From Carcharhinus amblyrhynchos (lineage: Eukaryota), in contig OZ336890.1 of the NCBI GenBank assembly GCA_965287045.1, positions 7,688,001 through 7,752,000 on the forward strand: 64,000 nucleotides of DNA. Direction: 5' to 3'. This document shows positions 46,502-57,360 of this stretch, in pieces; within the stretch, counting starts at the first letter, position 1; each line of letters starts with the position of its first letter. Made by a program: the position numbers and the translations under genes. Below the pieces are notes generated by a model, which was not told where the DNA came from, did not search any database, and saw nothing but the letters and a program-made list of their open reading frames with translations.

Positions 46502-46816
46502 CTATAGAATCGACAGTGCAGAAGGTGGCCATTTGGTCCATCAAGCCTGCACCGACGACAATCTCACCCAGGTCCTATCCCCGTAACTCCACATATTTAC
46601 TGTCCTAATCCCCATGACATTAAGGGGCAATTTATCGTAGCCAATCAATCTAACCCACACATCTTTGGAGTGAGAGGAAACTGGAGCACCTGGAGGAAAG
46701 CCACACAGACACGGCGAGAACGAGCAAACTCCACACAATGACCTGAGGCTGGAATTGAATCCGGGTCCCTGGTGCTGAGAGGCAGCAATGCTAACCACTT
46801 TGCCACTGTGCTGCCC
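46502..46816 (-). mobile_element. HE1 SINE
   Basis: Reverse strand: gggcagcacagtggcaaagtggttagcattgctgcctc, V core, tail ccttctgcactgtcgattctatag. Confidence 0.9.
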
Positions 46817-48058
46817 AGTCAATACCCAGCTTAACACAACAATGTGTATCATTTCAGATACACTCTGATCAACCCAGCTCAACTCTGGCTTGTAGCCCTG
46901 GGCAACATGAGGGAGAAAGCTCCTGGAAAAGATTCACATGAATCCCAGCCTGCTGTTGCACAGGAATGTTACCAATCCACGTCCTCGCTTCCTATCATGC
47001 CAGCCTGTATGGTGAAGACCACCATGCCAAGGAACAGCAGTAGAAGCCCCATAGCGACAGGAATGGAGCCAACACACCACCACTAAAAAGCACTTCCTCA
47101 TCACAAACCCCCCAGCTCGGCCACCCTATTTCAACTTGCCATGCCAACAGTGGACACTCCTCAACTGTTTCTGCACTGACCAAGGCCTTTGGCAAATCAG
47201 CACAAGTGAGGCCTTGCAGTGAACCCAAACTGCAGTGTGGTGCACTCTAACTGATGACGTACAGCATTGAAGACTGCCTGTTGACAAATTTCTGCAGAGG
47301 GCTCGGAGAACTCCACTTAACCACTGTGGGAGCTATTTCCTGGCTTTGTGATTGCTGTGCATACTAAAAAAAAATTGATCTGTACTTGGTAGTTAACTAG
47401 TATGTTTGCCATATTATCTTCTGTTTTTATTTCCGTTCATCCATACACGAAGGGCAAATATAATGATTCCTCGCCTGTTTATCAAAGCATTAAAAAAAAG
47501 AACATTAGCTTGCTATTTCTGTTCCTTTTTAATTCATTCCCTCCAAGAAAGAAAAAGTTTGTTCAAACTCCAAAATGGAAATTTTTTTTCTATTTGAATG
47601 GTGTTCGGGAATCTGTTGTGATGAGAAACAACAAAATTCACCCGAGTGGATATGAATGTACATGAATGCTGGCATTGATGTTTATGACCTTTTATGGTCT
47701 GGGGTTGCAGGATTTGACCGCTGTACCAGTCTGTCAGGGTTTTTTGTGCTGTTTGTCATTCAAAATTGGGTGAGAGGTATTTTGGTAGCAGTGATGTCCC
47801 AAATTTTTATTCAGATAACCTGAACACCACCCAATAATAACTTTGTTGAAGTCAGCCTACTGTCTGTTTTTATAGCTTCCAGCTTGGTGTTAAGTGTACA
47901 TCATCTCTGAGGTGAATGGTGAAATGTGATAATTAGAGGGAAGAGCTGTCCTGCAAAGTAGGCCGCAAGATGGGAATTTTTTGAAGTAGCTTTGAAGCTA
48001 ACCCTGAAACCCATCATGGTCCCTATTTTTTTTTGCCCCTCAGAAACATTATGTTGAT

Positions 48059-48395
48059 GGGCGGCACGGTAGCACAGTGGTTAGCACCGCTGCTTCACAG
48101 TTCCAGGGACTCGTGTTTGATTCCCGGCTTGGGTCACTGTCTGTGTGGAGTTTGCACGTTCTCCCCATGTCTGTGTGGGTTTCCTCCTGGTGCTCTGGTT
48201 TCCTCCCACAGCCCAAACGTGTGGGTTAGGTTGATTGGCTATGCTAAATTGTCCCTTAGTGTTCTGAGATGCGTAGCTTAGAGGGATTAGCGGGTAAACA
48301 TGTAGGGATATGGGGATAGGGCCTGGTTAGGATTGTGATCAGTGCAGACTTGATGGGCTGTACGGCCTCTTTTTGCACTGTAAGGTTTCTATGAT
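48059..48395 (+). mobile_element. HE1 SINE (full length)
   Basis: gggcggcacggtagcacagtggttagcac A-box, tgtttgattcccggc B-box, V core, tail gcactgtaaggtttctatgat. Confidence 0.92.
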
Positions 48396-48454
48396 CCAGA
48401 AATTTTGATAAATGATATCAAAATGGACAGGAAAAGATGTATTGTTTGTTTTTT

Positions 48455-48710
48455 CATGGGATGTAGTCATTGCTGTTGCTCATCCCTTATTAGATTATTA
48501 CAGAGAGTAGTTACGAGTTAACCACATTGCTGTGGATCTGGAGTCATGTAGGTAATGGATGATAATTCTGTAGTCACAATTACTGAAACTATTTTATATT
48601 GCAGATTTGTTAATGGAACCTAAATTCCACCAGCTCCTTGGTGAGATTTGAATCTATGTCCCTTGAGTATTAGCATGGGTCTCTGAATTACTGGTCTACC
48701 ATGCCACCGT
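48455..48710 (-). mobile_element. Short derivative of the tRNA-headed LINE
   Basis: tcatgggatgt tail, gagttaaccacattgctgtggatctggagtcatgtagg body, ggtgagatttgaa..gaattactggtct head. Confidence 0.6.
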
Positions 48711-49084
48711 TCTTCCACCCCCTTTCCCAAACCCAGAGACCTAAAATAAATATTCAAAATTTTAAGCCAAATTTTAATGGTAAACTGAGGTTAAAATCAT
48801 CTTTTGTCCATTATACAATGTGTTTAAGAGAGTGCTAGGTAAGGACAAATGGAATACAAAAAGGATATGTTTGTGGATGTTCGATGAAGGTGACTTATGT
48901 GGTGTATAAATTTGGGCCCTATTTCTGTAAATGCAAATCAAAAATCGCATTTTCCAATTGCACATGTTACAGCTGACAGGAGTCGATGTTGAGTTTGCCA
49001 ACTTCAGATTTTGATCTTTCTCCTCCATCTTGAACGCCCTCCTTTCTTTAAATATTCCATATATGTATTGCCTCAATGCTAAGT

Positions 49085-49270
49085 GCCCCCCCCCCCACCA
49101 GACAAATTGTCGTTTGTTCTTAAAGTTGTTACTTTTTGTTGCAATGTTTTTTGCGCTATCATTCTCCCTCCACTTTCTGTTCCGATGAAGCGTCTTTGAG
49201 TTGAAACAAGATGCTGGCTAACCTGCTGAGTCTTTTCAACATCCTCTATTTTTGTTTCAAATATCAGGTC
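49085..49270 (+). mobile_element. Degraded Penelope-like pseudo-LTR
   Basis: ttccgatgaag.gtc..gagttgaaac..agatgctg..acctgctgag..ttcaacatc..tttttgtttca, related to 56951-57150. Confidence 0.5.
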
Positions 49271-50130
49271 CACTGATTAATTGTTACTAGATAATTTGTT
49301 TTCTTGTCACAGGATTTCCTTGGATTTATGGAGTGTGCTCTATGATTCATACATATGAAGTGAAAGATTTGACAAAAAAACACCATGGCCATCCATGCTA
49401 GAACTTTCTGGAGAGGCAAAAAACACTTAAATTCCTCCCTGAATCATTGAAATAATCGAATAAATTCATGCATTTTTCCCCAATGAATCACTAGGCTAGA
49501 GTTGTCCAGTAAAAATTGCTGACTAACCACAAGTGTGGCCATCATGACGCTGTGTTAACTACAAGCATTAATTTATGTAATTTTTATATATTAAAATATC
49601 AGACACAATACAAATAAAAGTTGTGCAGATATATTTCTGAAAAATCTACCACCATTCAACTCTGTCAAAATTTGGACCTCTGCAATGAATTTATCAGGAG
49701 CTGCATATCTTGCTACAGCTTATAAGATAATGCCCAAATTTGTGATATTTTGATTTTCAGACTGATTACTTCAAATGTTGACTTGTACAAGACTTGCTGC
49801 TGCTTGCCATTCACATTTGGTTGGATATTGCTTGTCATTTGCTATGTACTTGGGGCATTACTTGTTATTAGTTGGATTTGATTTCCACAGCTACCCTGGA
49901 GCAGTGATTTTGATTGTTTGAGCTGATCAGTGAGTGTCCCTTTCCATACAATGGATGTGATGTTTCGAGACCAATGTTAGCAGATTGCAAATAAGTAGTA
50001 CAAAGGAAGAAACCATTTTAGCAACAATTGGAGTAAAATCGAAGTACATATGTAAAGGTCATTATAGTTCCAAAGGACCGTAGGCAGCTCCCCCCCACTT
50101 TTGAGAAGAGAGCTGACTAATGATGATTTA

Positions 50131-50307
50131 GTAAGAAGTGCTGTTATATGCTCTGTCTGAGACCAGAACACTCCATTCACCTGACGAAGGGACAAACCCC
50201 GAAAGCTTGTGGGTTTACTATCAAATAAACTGGTTGGACTTTAACCTGGTGTTGTGAGACTTCTTGCTGTGTTTACCCCAGTCCAACGCCAGCATCTCCA
50301 CATCATG
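50131..50307 (+). mobile_element. Penelope-like pseudo-LTR insertion with 11-bp TSD
   Basis: Flanked by atgatgattta (50120-50130) and atggtgattta (50308-50318); contains a hammerhead motif and aaataaac..gttggactttaacctggtgttgtgagacttctt. Confidence 0.75.
50176..50213 (+). ncRNA. Minimal type I hammerhead ribozyme motif (PLE-associated)
   Basis: TTCAC (stem I) CTGACGA (core) AGGG ACAAA CCCC (stem II) GAAA GC TT GTGGG (stem I'), with palindromic AAGCTT in place of stem III. Confidence 0.65.
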
Positions 50308-51000
50308 ATGGTGATTTAACCAGAGGGTCAAGACACTTCAGATGAGGGGCAATGTTGAGAAAGCAGGGTCTTTATGTTTAGCCTCAGCCAGTACGGAAAT
50401 TGTACCCACGCTGTTGGCATTACTCAGCATCATGAACCAGCCCACTTCATATAAATGTGTTTGTTGAATGTGATTGACATTGTGGACGAGGTTCTCTGGC
50501 CTCCCAGCTGCATGTTTCTCACTGGCGGGAGGTGGTGCTTTGTTTGCTAGTGGTAGGATCCTCTGTCAGTGGGATCAGAGAATCCTACTGGCGTGAATGG
50601 CTGGAGATTTTTGGCCTTCATGTCATTTTACTGCCTGTTACTTGTAAACATAGTTACGTTGCATCTGGATTTCCAATTCAATCTGGCTAGTGGCTGAAGT
50701 ACTGGAAAGTATTGCATGAGACATAATTAAACTAACACATCTTCCACTGCCACACCTCAAGTTCTAGCTTGTGCAAAACCTAAAACATATTTCTAAAAAC
50801 ATCAAATTGGTGGACTGGACTTTGAAATTGCGTAAAATGCACTATAAACCGAAAGAACAGCATATATCACAAATTACACTAAATTGTAAGACAGTTTAAT
50901 TCTCTGCAGAATTTCTCTGCTCATTTTTCTTCCACTTCAGAGTTGTTTTGTTCCATGCTACTGCACCCCAACCATTTTTTGACGAATTGGACACCTTTAT

Positions 51001-51420
51001 AGTTGAGAAGAATGAGGGAAGATCTCATTGAGACGTATAAGATGTTGAATGGGATGGATAGGATAGAGGTGGAGAGGCTCTTCCCGCTCAGAAAGGACAG
51101 TAGGACTAGAGGGCACAGCCTCAGGATAAAGGGGGGACGTTTAGAACGGAGTTGAGGAGGAACGTCTTCCCTCAAAGGGTGGTGAATCTCTGGAATTCCC
51201 TGCCCGTTGAAGTGGTGGAGGCTGCCTCGCTCAATATTTTTAAGATGCGGGTTGATAGGTTTTTGATAGGCAAGGGGATTAAGGGTTATGGGGAGAGGGC
51301 GGGAATGTGGAACTGAGCCACGACAGATCAGCCATGATCTTATCGAATGGCAGGGCAGGCTCGAAGGGCTAGATGGCCTACTCCTGCTCCTATTTCTTAT
51401 GTTCTTATTTCTTATGTTCC
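51001..51420 (+). mobile_element. Young CR1 family 3' end
   Basis: RRMREDLIETYKMLNGMDRIEVERLFPLRKDSRTRGHSL; tail tttcttatgttcttatttcttatgttc. Confidence 0.93.
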
Positions 51421-52952
51421 ATAATGGCTTTAAAGTCCAAGTTTTACGTGGCTTAAATGATATGCTCAGGCTTCCACAGCCAGACAAGCTGAAAAGTCAT
51501 TGTACAGTGGTTGTAAAAGTGTAATTTGCTTAATTAGCCTGATAGGTTATACTGTTTAACATTAGCTTAATGATGGATCCTGAGCTTCCCTCGGGGTGCA
51601 TCAAAACCCAAGATATTTTAGGTTTTATCTTACAGATAGGTGCAATAGCCAACTTTGTGCAAAATGCTAAGTCAGAATTTGTGTTAATTGTCTCTTATGC
51701 TTGATTAACCATTGACAACTTATTATGACAAATTAATAAAATTTTGAAGCATTGCAAATAAATGCAGTTTGATTTCTTTAAGTTTTTAAAGTTACCAGTA
51801 ATTACTCATTTGTGGAATATTAATGAAATCTAACATAGATGAGTCCTTTGTGTTTATGCCTGCTAAATATGAGAAATGTTGAGATAGGAGCTCTGTTTAT
51901 TTTCTTTGCATCTGTATTTAATGCAAAGAGTCTTGAGTTTCACTAATCCTGGGCTAGAATTTGTACATACCATTGGGAAATTCTTATTGGCTGGTTAGGG
52001 TGATGAAAACTAATAAATTGATCCACTGTGGGATGCTTTCTCAATATCACTCTCTGTACAATATCATGAATGAACTAATGCATTGAAACTCTATGGTTAA
52101 CAGACAATTAAGAGAGCTGACATTACAAAACTGAAATGTTGTTTATGCGCTAACAGTTTGAGGTTAGCTTGTTTAAGTTGAGGTGTGGTGTCAATGGCTG
52201 GAGAAGTACACATCAGTACTTAATGGCACTATGAAAGTATAACACATTGATATCAGTACTCTGACCACCTATGCTTTGTGAATTCTCAACTATTCGGCAG
52301 AAACTTATTCCTTGCTGGCATAACTGACTTTGAGGTTTGGGACTCTCATAGCCATATAATCAGTAGTTCTTATTTCTAATTTTTATTCTTTTAAAATGCA
52401 CATTCAATCTTTGAGTAATTCAGAATTGAATGGCATTTGGCATCTTGTATCTAACTGATCACTGATAACCTAAATAAACGTCTCATTGTTGCTTTTTGAT
52501 CCTTCTGTGAATTAGAGACTGGATATTTCATTTTAAGTAAGATGCTTACAAATTTTTGAAAGGAAATGGTTAAATGGATGCAGCATTATTCCAAATTGTA
52601 AGGGTATCCACATCAGTTTATGAAGCGCAGCCAGGATTTTCCAGTGCTGTGGTAGCTAGACTACTGGTATAGATGTAATAGCAATCCAAGATGGGTTTAT
52701 ATTTAATTTATTTTCAGTGTTATATGCATGAGTTACATAGATTCCGTCCAGTGTTATAACACCTGTCATTGGGCATTCTTTCTTCGTGGTGATTTCAAAT
52801 AAATTTTTGTTTTTTCTTACTCTATGACTGATTCTAATGAGTTGTATTGTTTAAATTACGCTAATCAAAATACTTGGACATTTTATTAAGTTACTGGAAT
52901 CAAAAAATGTTTTGGACTTCAAGTAATTTTTTTTCCTTTTTTTAATTTCTAG

Positions 52953-52991
52953 TATTATGTGCTAAGAATTTGGTGAAGAAAGACTTCTTCC
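52953..52991 (+). CDS. SMURF2: SMURF2 coding exon 2 (39 nt, C2 domain, phase 1-1)
   Basis: Long poly-T tract ending ttctag | TA TTA TGT GCT AAG AAT TTG GTG AAG AAA GAC TTC TTC C | gtaagt = (V)LCAKNLVKKDFF(R), matching recalled vertebrate SMURF2. NLVKK favours SMURF2 over SMURF1 (NLAKK). Confidence 0.95.
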
Positions 52992-53289
52992 GTAAGTATT
53001 CCAGCTGCATGTTACTAGACAAGACTATCTTCGCATTATTAACACTAACACTAAAATAATGCACCTTAAAATTTTTACTTAACATTCTGTTGGGTAGTAG
53101 AATGTAGGTTTGGAAGAAACGCTTGGCTGAAAGCAATTTTTTATATATATATGACATCATATATAGAGCATCAGTTATATTCAGGCATATGAAAGTTAAA
53201 AAATTTAATAAATGGATTTCATATACTATAGTATTACAAGAACTTATTCAAATTAATAGTATTTAAAGAATTTCTGATAAGGCTTTATA

Positions 53290-55147
53290 ACAACAAAGAA
53301 CAGTACAGCACAGGAATGGGCCCTTCAGCCCTCCAAGCCTGGGCTGGTCACATTTACCTATCTAGACCAACGTTTTATACCCCTCTATTCCCCGCTTGTT
53401 CATACGTCTATCAAGGTAAGTCTTAAATGTGGCTAACGTAACTGTCTCAACCACCTTACTTGCATGCCAGACCCCCACCACCCTCTATGTAAAAAAGAAG
53501 AAAAGCTTCCCCCGCACATCTCCACTGAACCTTTTCCCTACCCTTATCTTGAACTTTTCATTGTCATTTCTGCTCTGGGGAAAAGCTTCCAACTGCTCAC
53601 ATAAGAACATAAGAAATAGGAGCAGGAGTAGGCCATCTAGCCCTTCGAGCCTGCCCCGCCATTCAATAAGATCATGGCTGATCTGTCGCTGCTCAGTTCC
53701 ACTTTCCCGCTTTCTCCCCGTAACCCTTAATCCCCTCTCTTATCAAAAACCCATCAACCCGCGTCTTAAAAATATTTAGCGAGGCAGCCTCCACCACTTC
53801 AACGGGCAGAGAATTCCAGAGATTCACCACCCTTTGAGTGAAGAAGTTCCTCCTCAACTCCGTTCTAAACCGCCCCCCTTTTATCTTGAAGCTGTGCCCC
53901 CTAGTCCTACTGTCTTTTTTGAGCGGGAAGAGTCTCTCCACCTCTATCCTGTCCATCCCATTCATCATCTTATACGTCTCAATGAGATCTCCCCTCATTC
54001 TTCTAAACTCTAATGAGTACAAGCCCAGTTTATTCAGCCTCTCCTCATAGCTCAACTCCGGTATCAGCCTAGTAAACCTCCTCTGCACTCCCTCCAAGGC
54101 CAAAATATGTTTGCGCAGGTGCGGCGCCCAAAACTGCACACAGTACTCCAGCTGCGGCCTCACCAATGCCCTATACAGCTGCAGCAAGACCTCCCTACTT
54201 TTATATTCAATCCCCTTCGCTATGAAGGCCAGCATCCCATTCGCCTTCCTGACCACCTGCAAGCTGGGTTTTTGTGACTCATGCACAAGGACCCCGAGGT
54301 CCCTCTGCACCGTCACCTGCTGCAGTTTTTCGCCCCGTAAGTAATAGTCCTTCCTACCATTCTTCCTACCATTCTTCCTACCAAAGTGGACCACCTCACA
54401 CTTGCCCTAACTATAACTATACCTTTCATAATTCTATAAACTTCTATTGGTCATCCCTCAGCTTCTGTCTTTCCAGGGAAAACAATCCCAGTTTATTCAA
54501 TCTCTCCTCATAGCTAATACCCGTCATACCAGGCAACATCCTAGCAAACCTTTTCTGTTCTCTCTCTAAAGCCTCCATGGCCTTCTGTAGTGTAGTGACC
54601 AGAATTGGACATTGTATTCCAAATGTGCACTAACCAATGTTTTATAACACTGTCACATAATTTGCCAATTTATATACTTGCTGCTAAAGGCAAGCATGCC
54701 ATTTGCTTTCTTCACCACTCTTCCACCTGTGCTGCCACTTTGAAGGACCTGTGGACCTGGACTCCAAGATCTCTCTGGGTGTCCGTGCTCCTGATTATTC
54801 TGTCACTTATTTTATAGCCCCACCTGAATTGGATCTATCAAATTGCATCACCTTGCACTTGTCCAGATTTAAATTCCATCTGCCATTTCTCTGCCCAGTT
54901 TTCCAGTCTATCTATATCCTGCTGTATTCTCTGACAATCTTCATCACTATCCGCAACTCTGCCAATCTTAGTATCATCCACAAACTTGCTAAGTTTTCTG
55001 CCAAATCATACATATATATTACACAAACAGCAGAGGTCCCAGCACTAATCCCTGCTGAACATCACTAGTTACAGACCTCCATTCAGAAAAATACTTTTCC
55101 ACTGCTATCCTGTGTCTTCTATGGCTAAGCCAATTCTGAATCCAATT
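53290..55147 (-). mobile_element. CR1/HER1-type LINE (53290-53600 and 54407-55147), host of a young CR1
   Basis: Tail aacaaagaacagtacagcacagg; collinear with the 26268-27355 copy on both sides of the insert. Confidence 0.85.
53601..54406 (-). mobile_element. Young CR1 family 3' 0.8 kb
   Basis: 233-aa open frame at 53693-54394, near-identical to the 42713 copy; tail ataagaacataagaa. Confidence 0.95.
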
Positions 55148-56339
55148 TGGGTATAACTGAATCATTCAGAGTAACTTTACATGATTAATATGGATGTGTA
55201 GACTGTATGCTAGCGCTAGAGTTGCTTGGAGGTATATTTTTCAATTTCTGTTTATTACCCTATCCTGGTCTTTCCTTATTTACTGCTGCCTTCTCCAACA
55301 GAGTTCTCTTGAAGTACATCCAATTAGTTAGTGACTCTGACTTGCTAACCTCGATATGGTTCCAAAGGTACTGTCAGCCCTCCACTGGCATGGCTGAATT
55401 GACATTCAAGTATGAACTTTGACAATGAGTATTGGTTTACTATTGATATGTAGGGGCACATTGCATCCCAGCCCTTCGCTACATTGACTGATGCATGCAA
55501 GCTCCACAGTAGGAGCCATTGGAGAATAATGAGACATCTTCTCTTTATTCAGCCCAGCCAAGGGATTGCATTACGTGTTATAGCAGTGCATTGCCAGTTA
55601 ATGGCTTCTAATTCAGCACAAGCTAAATTTGAACTTGGGATCCACCTAGTTTCTACAACTGGGTTGCATACAACATCAAGTAATTGGCATAAACCAGTGT
55701 ATTCTTTATAGAGGTCAGAATCGGTGAACCAAGAGGCATATTGTGAATGAAGTATTCATACCAGCATCTCGTTTCTCAAACCAACATAACTTACTTGTTA
55801 TACCATCCTGACTAACCTTTAGGGATTTATCATTTGAGATCCGATAGGGAAATTTTACCTGATTATCTCGCCTCTTTCTGTGCTGTGAACACAGATGTGA
55901 TCAAGAATTTAGCAGTGAACACACTGTCCTATCTTCCTTGTTGGTATGACAACTATCAATTATAATTACCAGAAGTTGTTGAGTTCTTAGAGCATCATTC
56001 AGTACAAAACTTCAAGTTCTACAATGGTTAAGTTAAAGCCAGTGTTACACACTAAGGTTTTTGCATTTTAATATATAAAGGACAAAAACATTACTCTTAA
56101 AAATATTCCACTTGGTGTGTTTTTGGTGGAAAATGTATGAAGGATTTCCATTATTTGTGTAAAATGCTCCTTTAAGACCAATAAAATACTCTTCTCGTTT
56201 ATTTGGTTGTTTGCACTGCTCCTGCATGACAATGTGGCTAGGACTGAAGTTCTTAATTCCTATAATCTTTATTAGTAAAAAGAATTGGAACCAAATGATT
56301 GAAGAGAAACGTATTTTGAGTTCAACGGTGGAATTGTTT

Positions 56340-57360
56340 TCAAGCATTGTTTGGTCAGAATGCAGCAACTTGCTTTTTTTCATAAAGCATCTATTATGTG
56401 GTAAAAGTTCCATAGTGCGTCACAGGAGTGTACCCAGACATAATTTAGACTTCCAGAAAGGAAATGTTAGTGCAGAAGAGAAAATTTCAGAATTTAAGAT
56501 CTAGGCAGCTGAAGGCATGGCTGCCAATGGTGGAGTGAAAAAACTGGGTGCACGAGAGGTAAGTTGAAGGAACCCAAAATTCTTGGAAGGTTGTGGGGCT
56601 AGGTGAAGCTACAGAAATGGGGAAGTGTGAAACCGTTGAGGGTCCAAAAATGTGCAAGTTAGATGGATTGGCCATGCTAAATGTCCCAAGGTGTATAGAT
56701 TAGAGGGATTAGTGGGCTAAATGCGTGAGGTTATGGGGATTGGGCCTGGGTAAGATGCTGTGTCGGAGAGTTGCTGCAGACGTGTGCACTGTGGGGATTC
56801 TATGATTTGAATGCAAGAAGAAAAAATGTAAACAATTTTTTTCCCACGCATAATATAAATGATCTTTTTTGTTCAATTAAATCTTCTTCTATTTTGTTTA
56901 GTTTGTTGCACTGTTCATGCATGACACTAAACATGCTGAGCATGGAGTCCAAAAGAGAAAACGCTGGAAATCTCAGCAGGTCTGGCAGCATCCATAAGGT
57001 TAAAGAGCTGACGTTTCGAGTCCAGATGATCTTTTAAAAGTCATCTGGACTCAATGTCAACTCTTTTCTCTCTTAGATGCTGCCAGGCTGAGATTTTCCA
57101 CCGTTTTCTCCCTTGGTTTCAGATTCCAGCATCCACAGTAATTTTCTTTCATGATGAGCGTGGAATGATGGGTGAATGAGATGGAGTAAATTATGATGCA
57201 GGCAGCAGAATTTTGGGCAAACATTAATTGAGGGTGGCAGATAGGATGTTGGCCAAGAGGTGACCATGACATTGATTATATTTGCCACAGCAGATGGGCT
57301 GAGGCAGGAATGGAGATGTGCAAGTATGACAGAAGTGGAAGTAGCTGGCCTTTTTGATTT
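56340..57360 (-). mobile_element. Old L2-like remnant with nested HE1 fragment (56643-56806, +) and PLE palindrome
   Basis: ctaggcagctgaaggcatggctgccaatggtgg and ggcagcagaattttgg..attgag L2-type segments. The HE1 piece runs gtccaaaaatgtgcaagttagatggattggccatgctaaat...gcactgtggggattctatgat. Confidence 0.6.
56951..57150. mobile_element. Penelope-like pseudo-LTR fold-back (inverted repeat)
   Basis: Arms 56951-57035 and 57036-57110 centred on cttttaaaag, with gagtccagatga/tcatctggactc, ggcagcatc/gatgctgcc and gagaaaacg/cgttttctc pairs. Confidence 0.75.

Larger units (their letters stand above)
50045..50450 (-). mobile_element. tRNA-derived SINE split by a Penelope-like fragment
   Basis: Reverse-strand head gctggttcatgatgctgagtaatgccaacagcgtgggtacaatttccgtac; tail ggtcctttggaactataatgaccttta. 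The halves are separated by 50131-50307. Confidence 0.55.
1..52952 (+). other. SMURF2: SMURF2 intron 1 (3' portion; exon 1 lies upstream of the window)
   Basis: No MSNPG...KLRLT-like first coding exon or CpG island seen before exon 2. The region is repeat-dominated. Confidence 0.8.

Noticed and set aside
50483-50616. Second possible MITE
   Set aside because: Terminal inverted repeats are too degenerate to support by eye.
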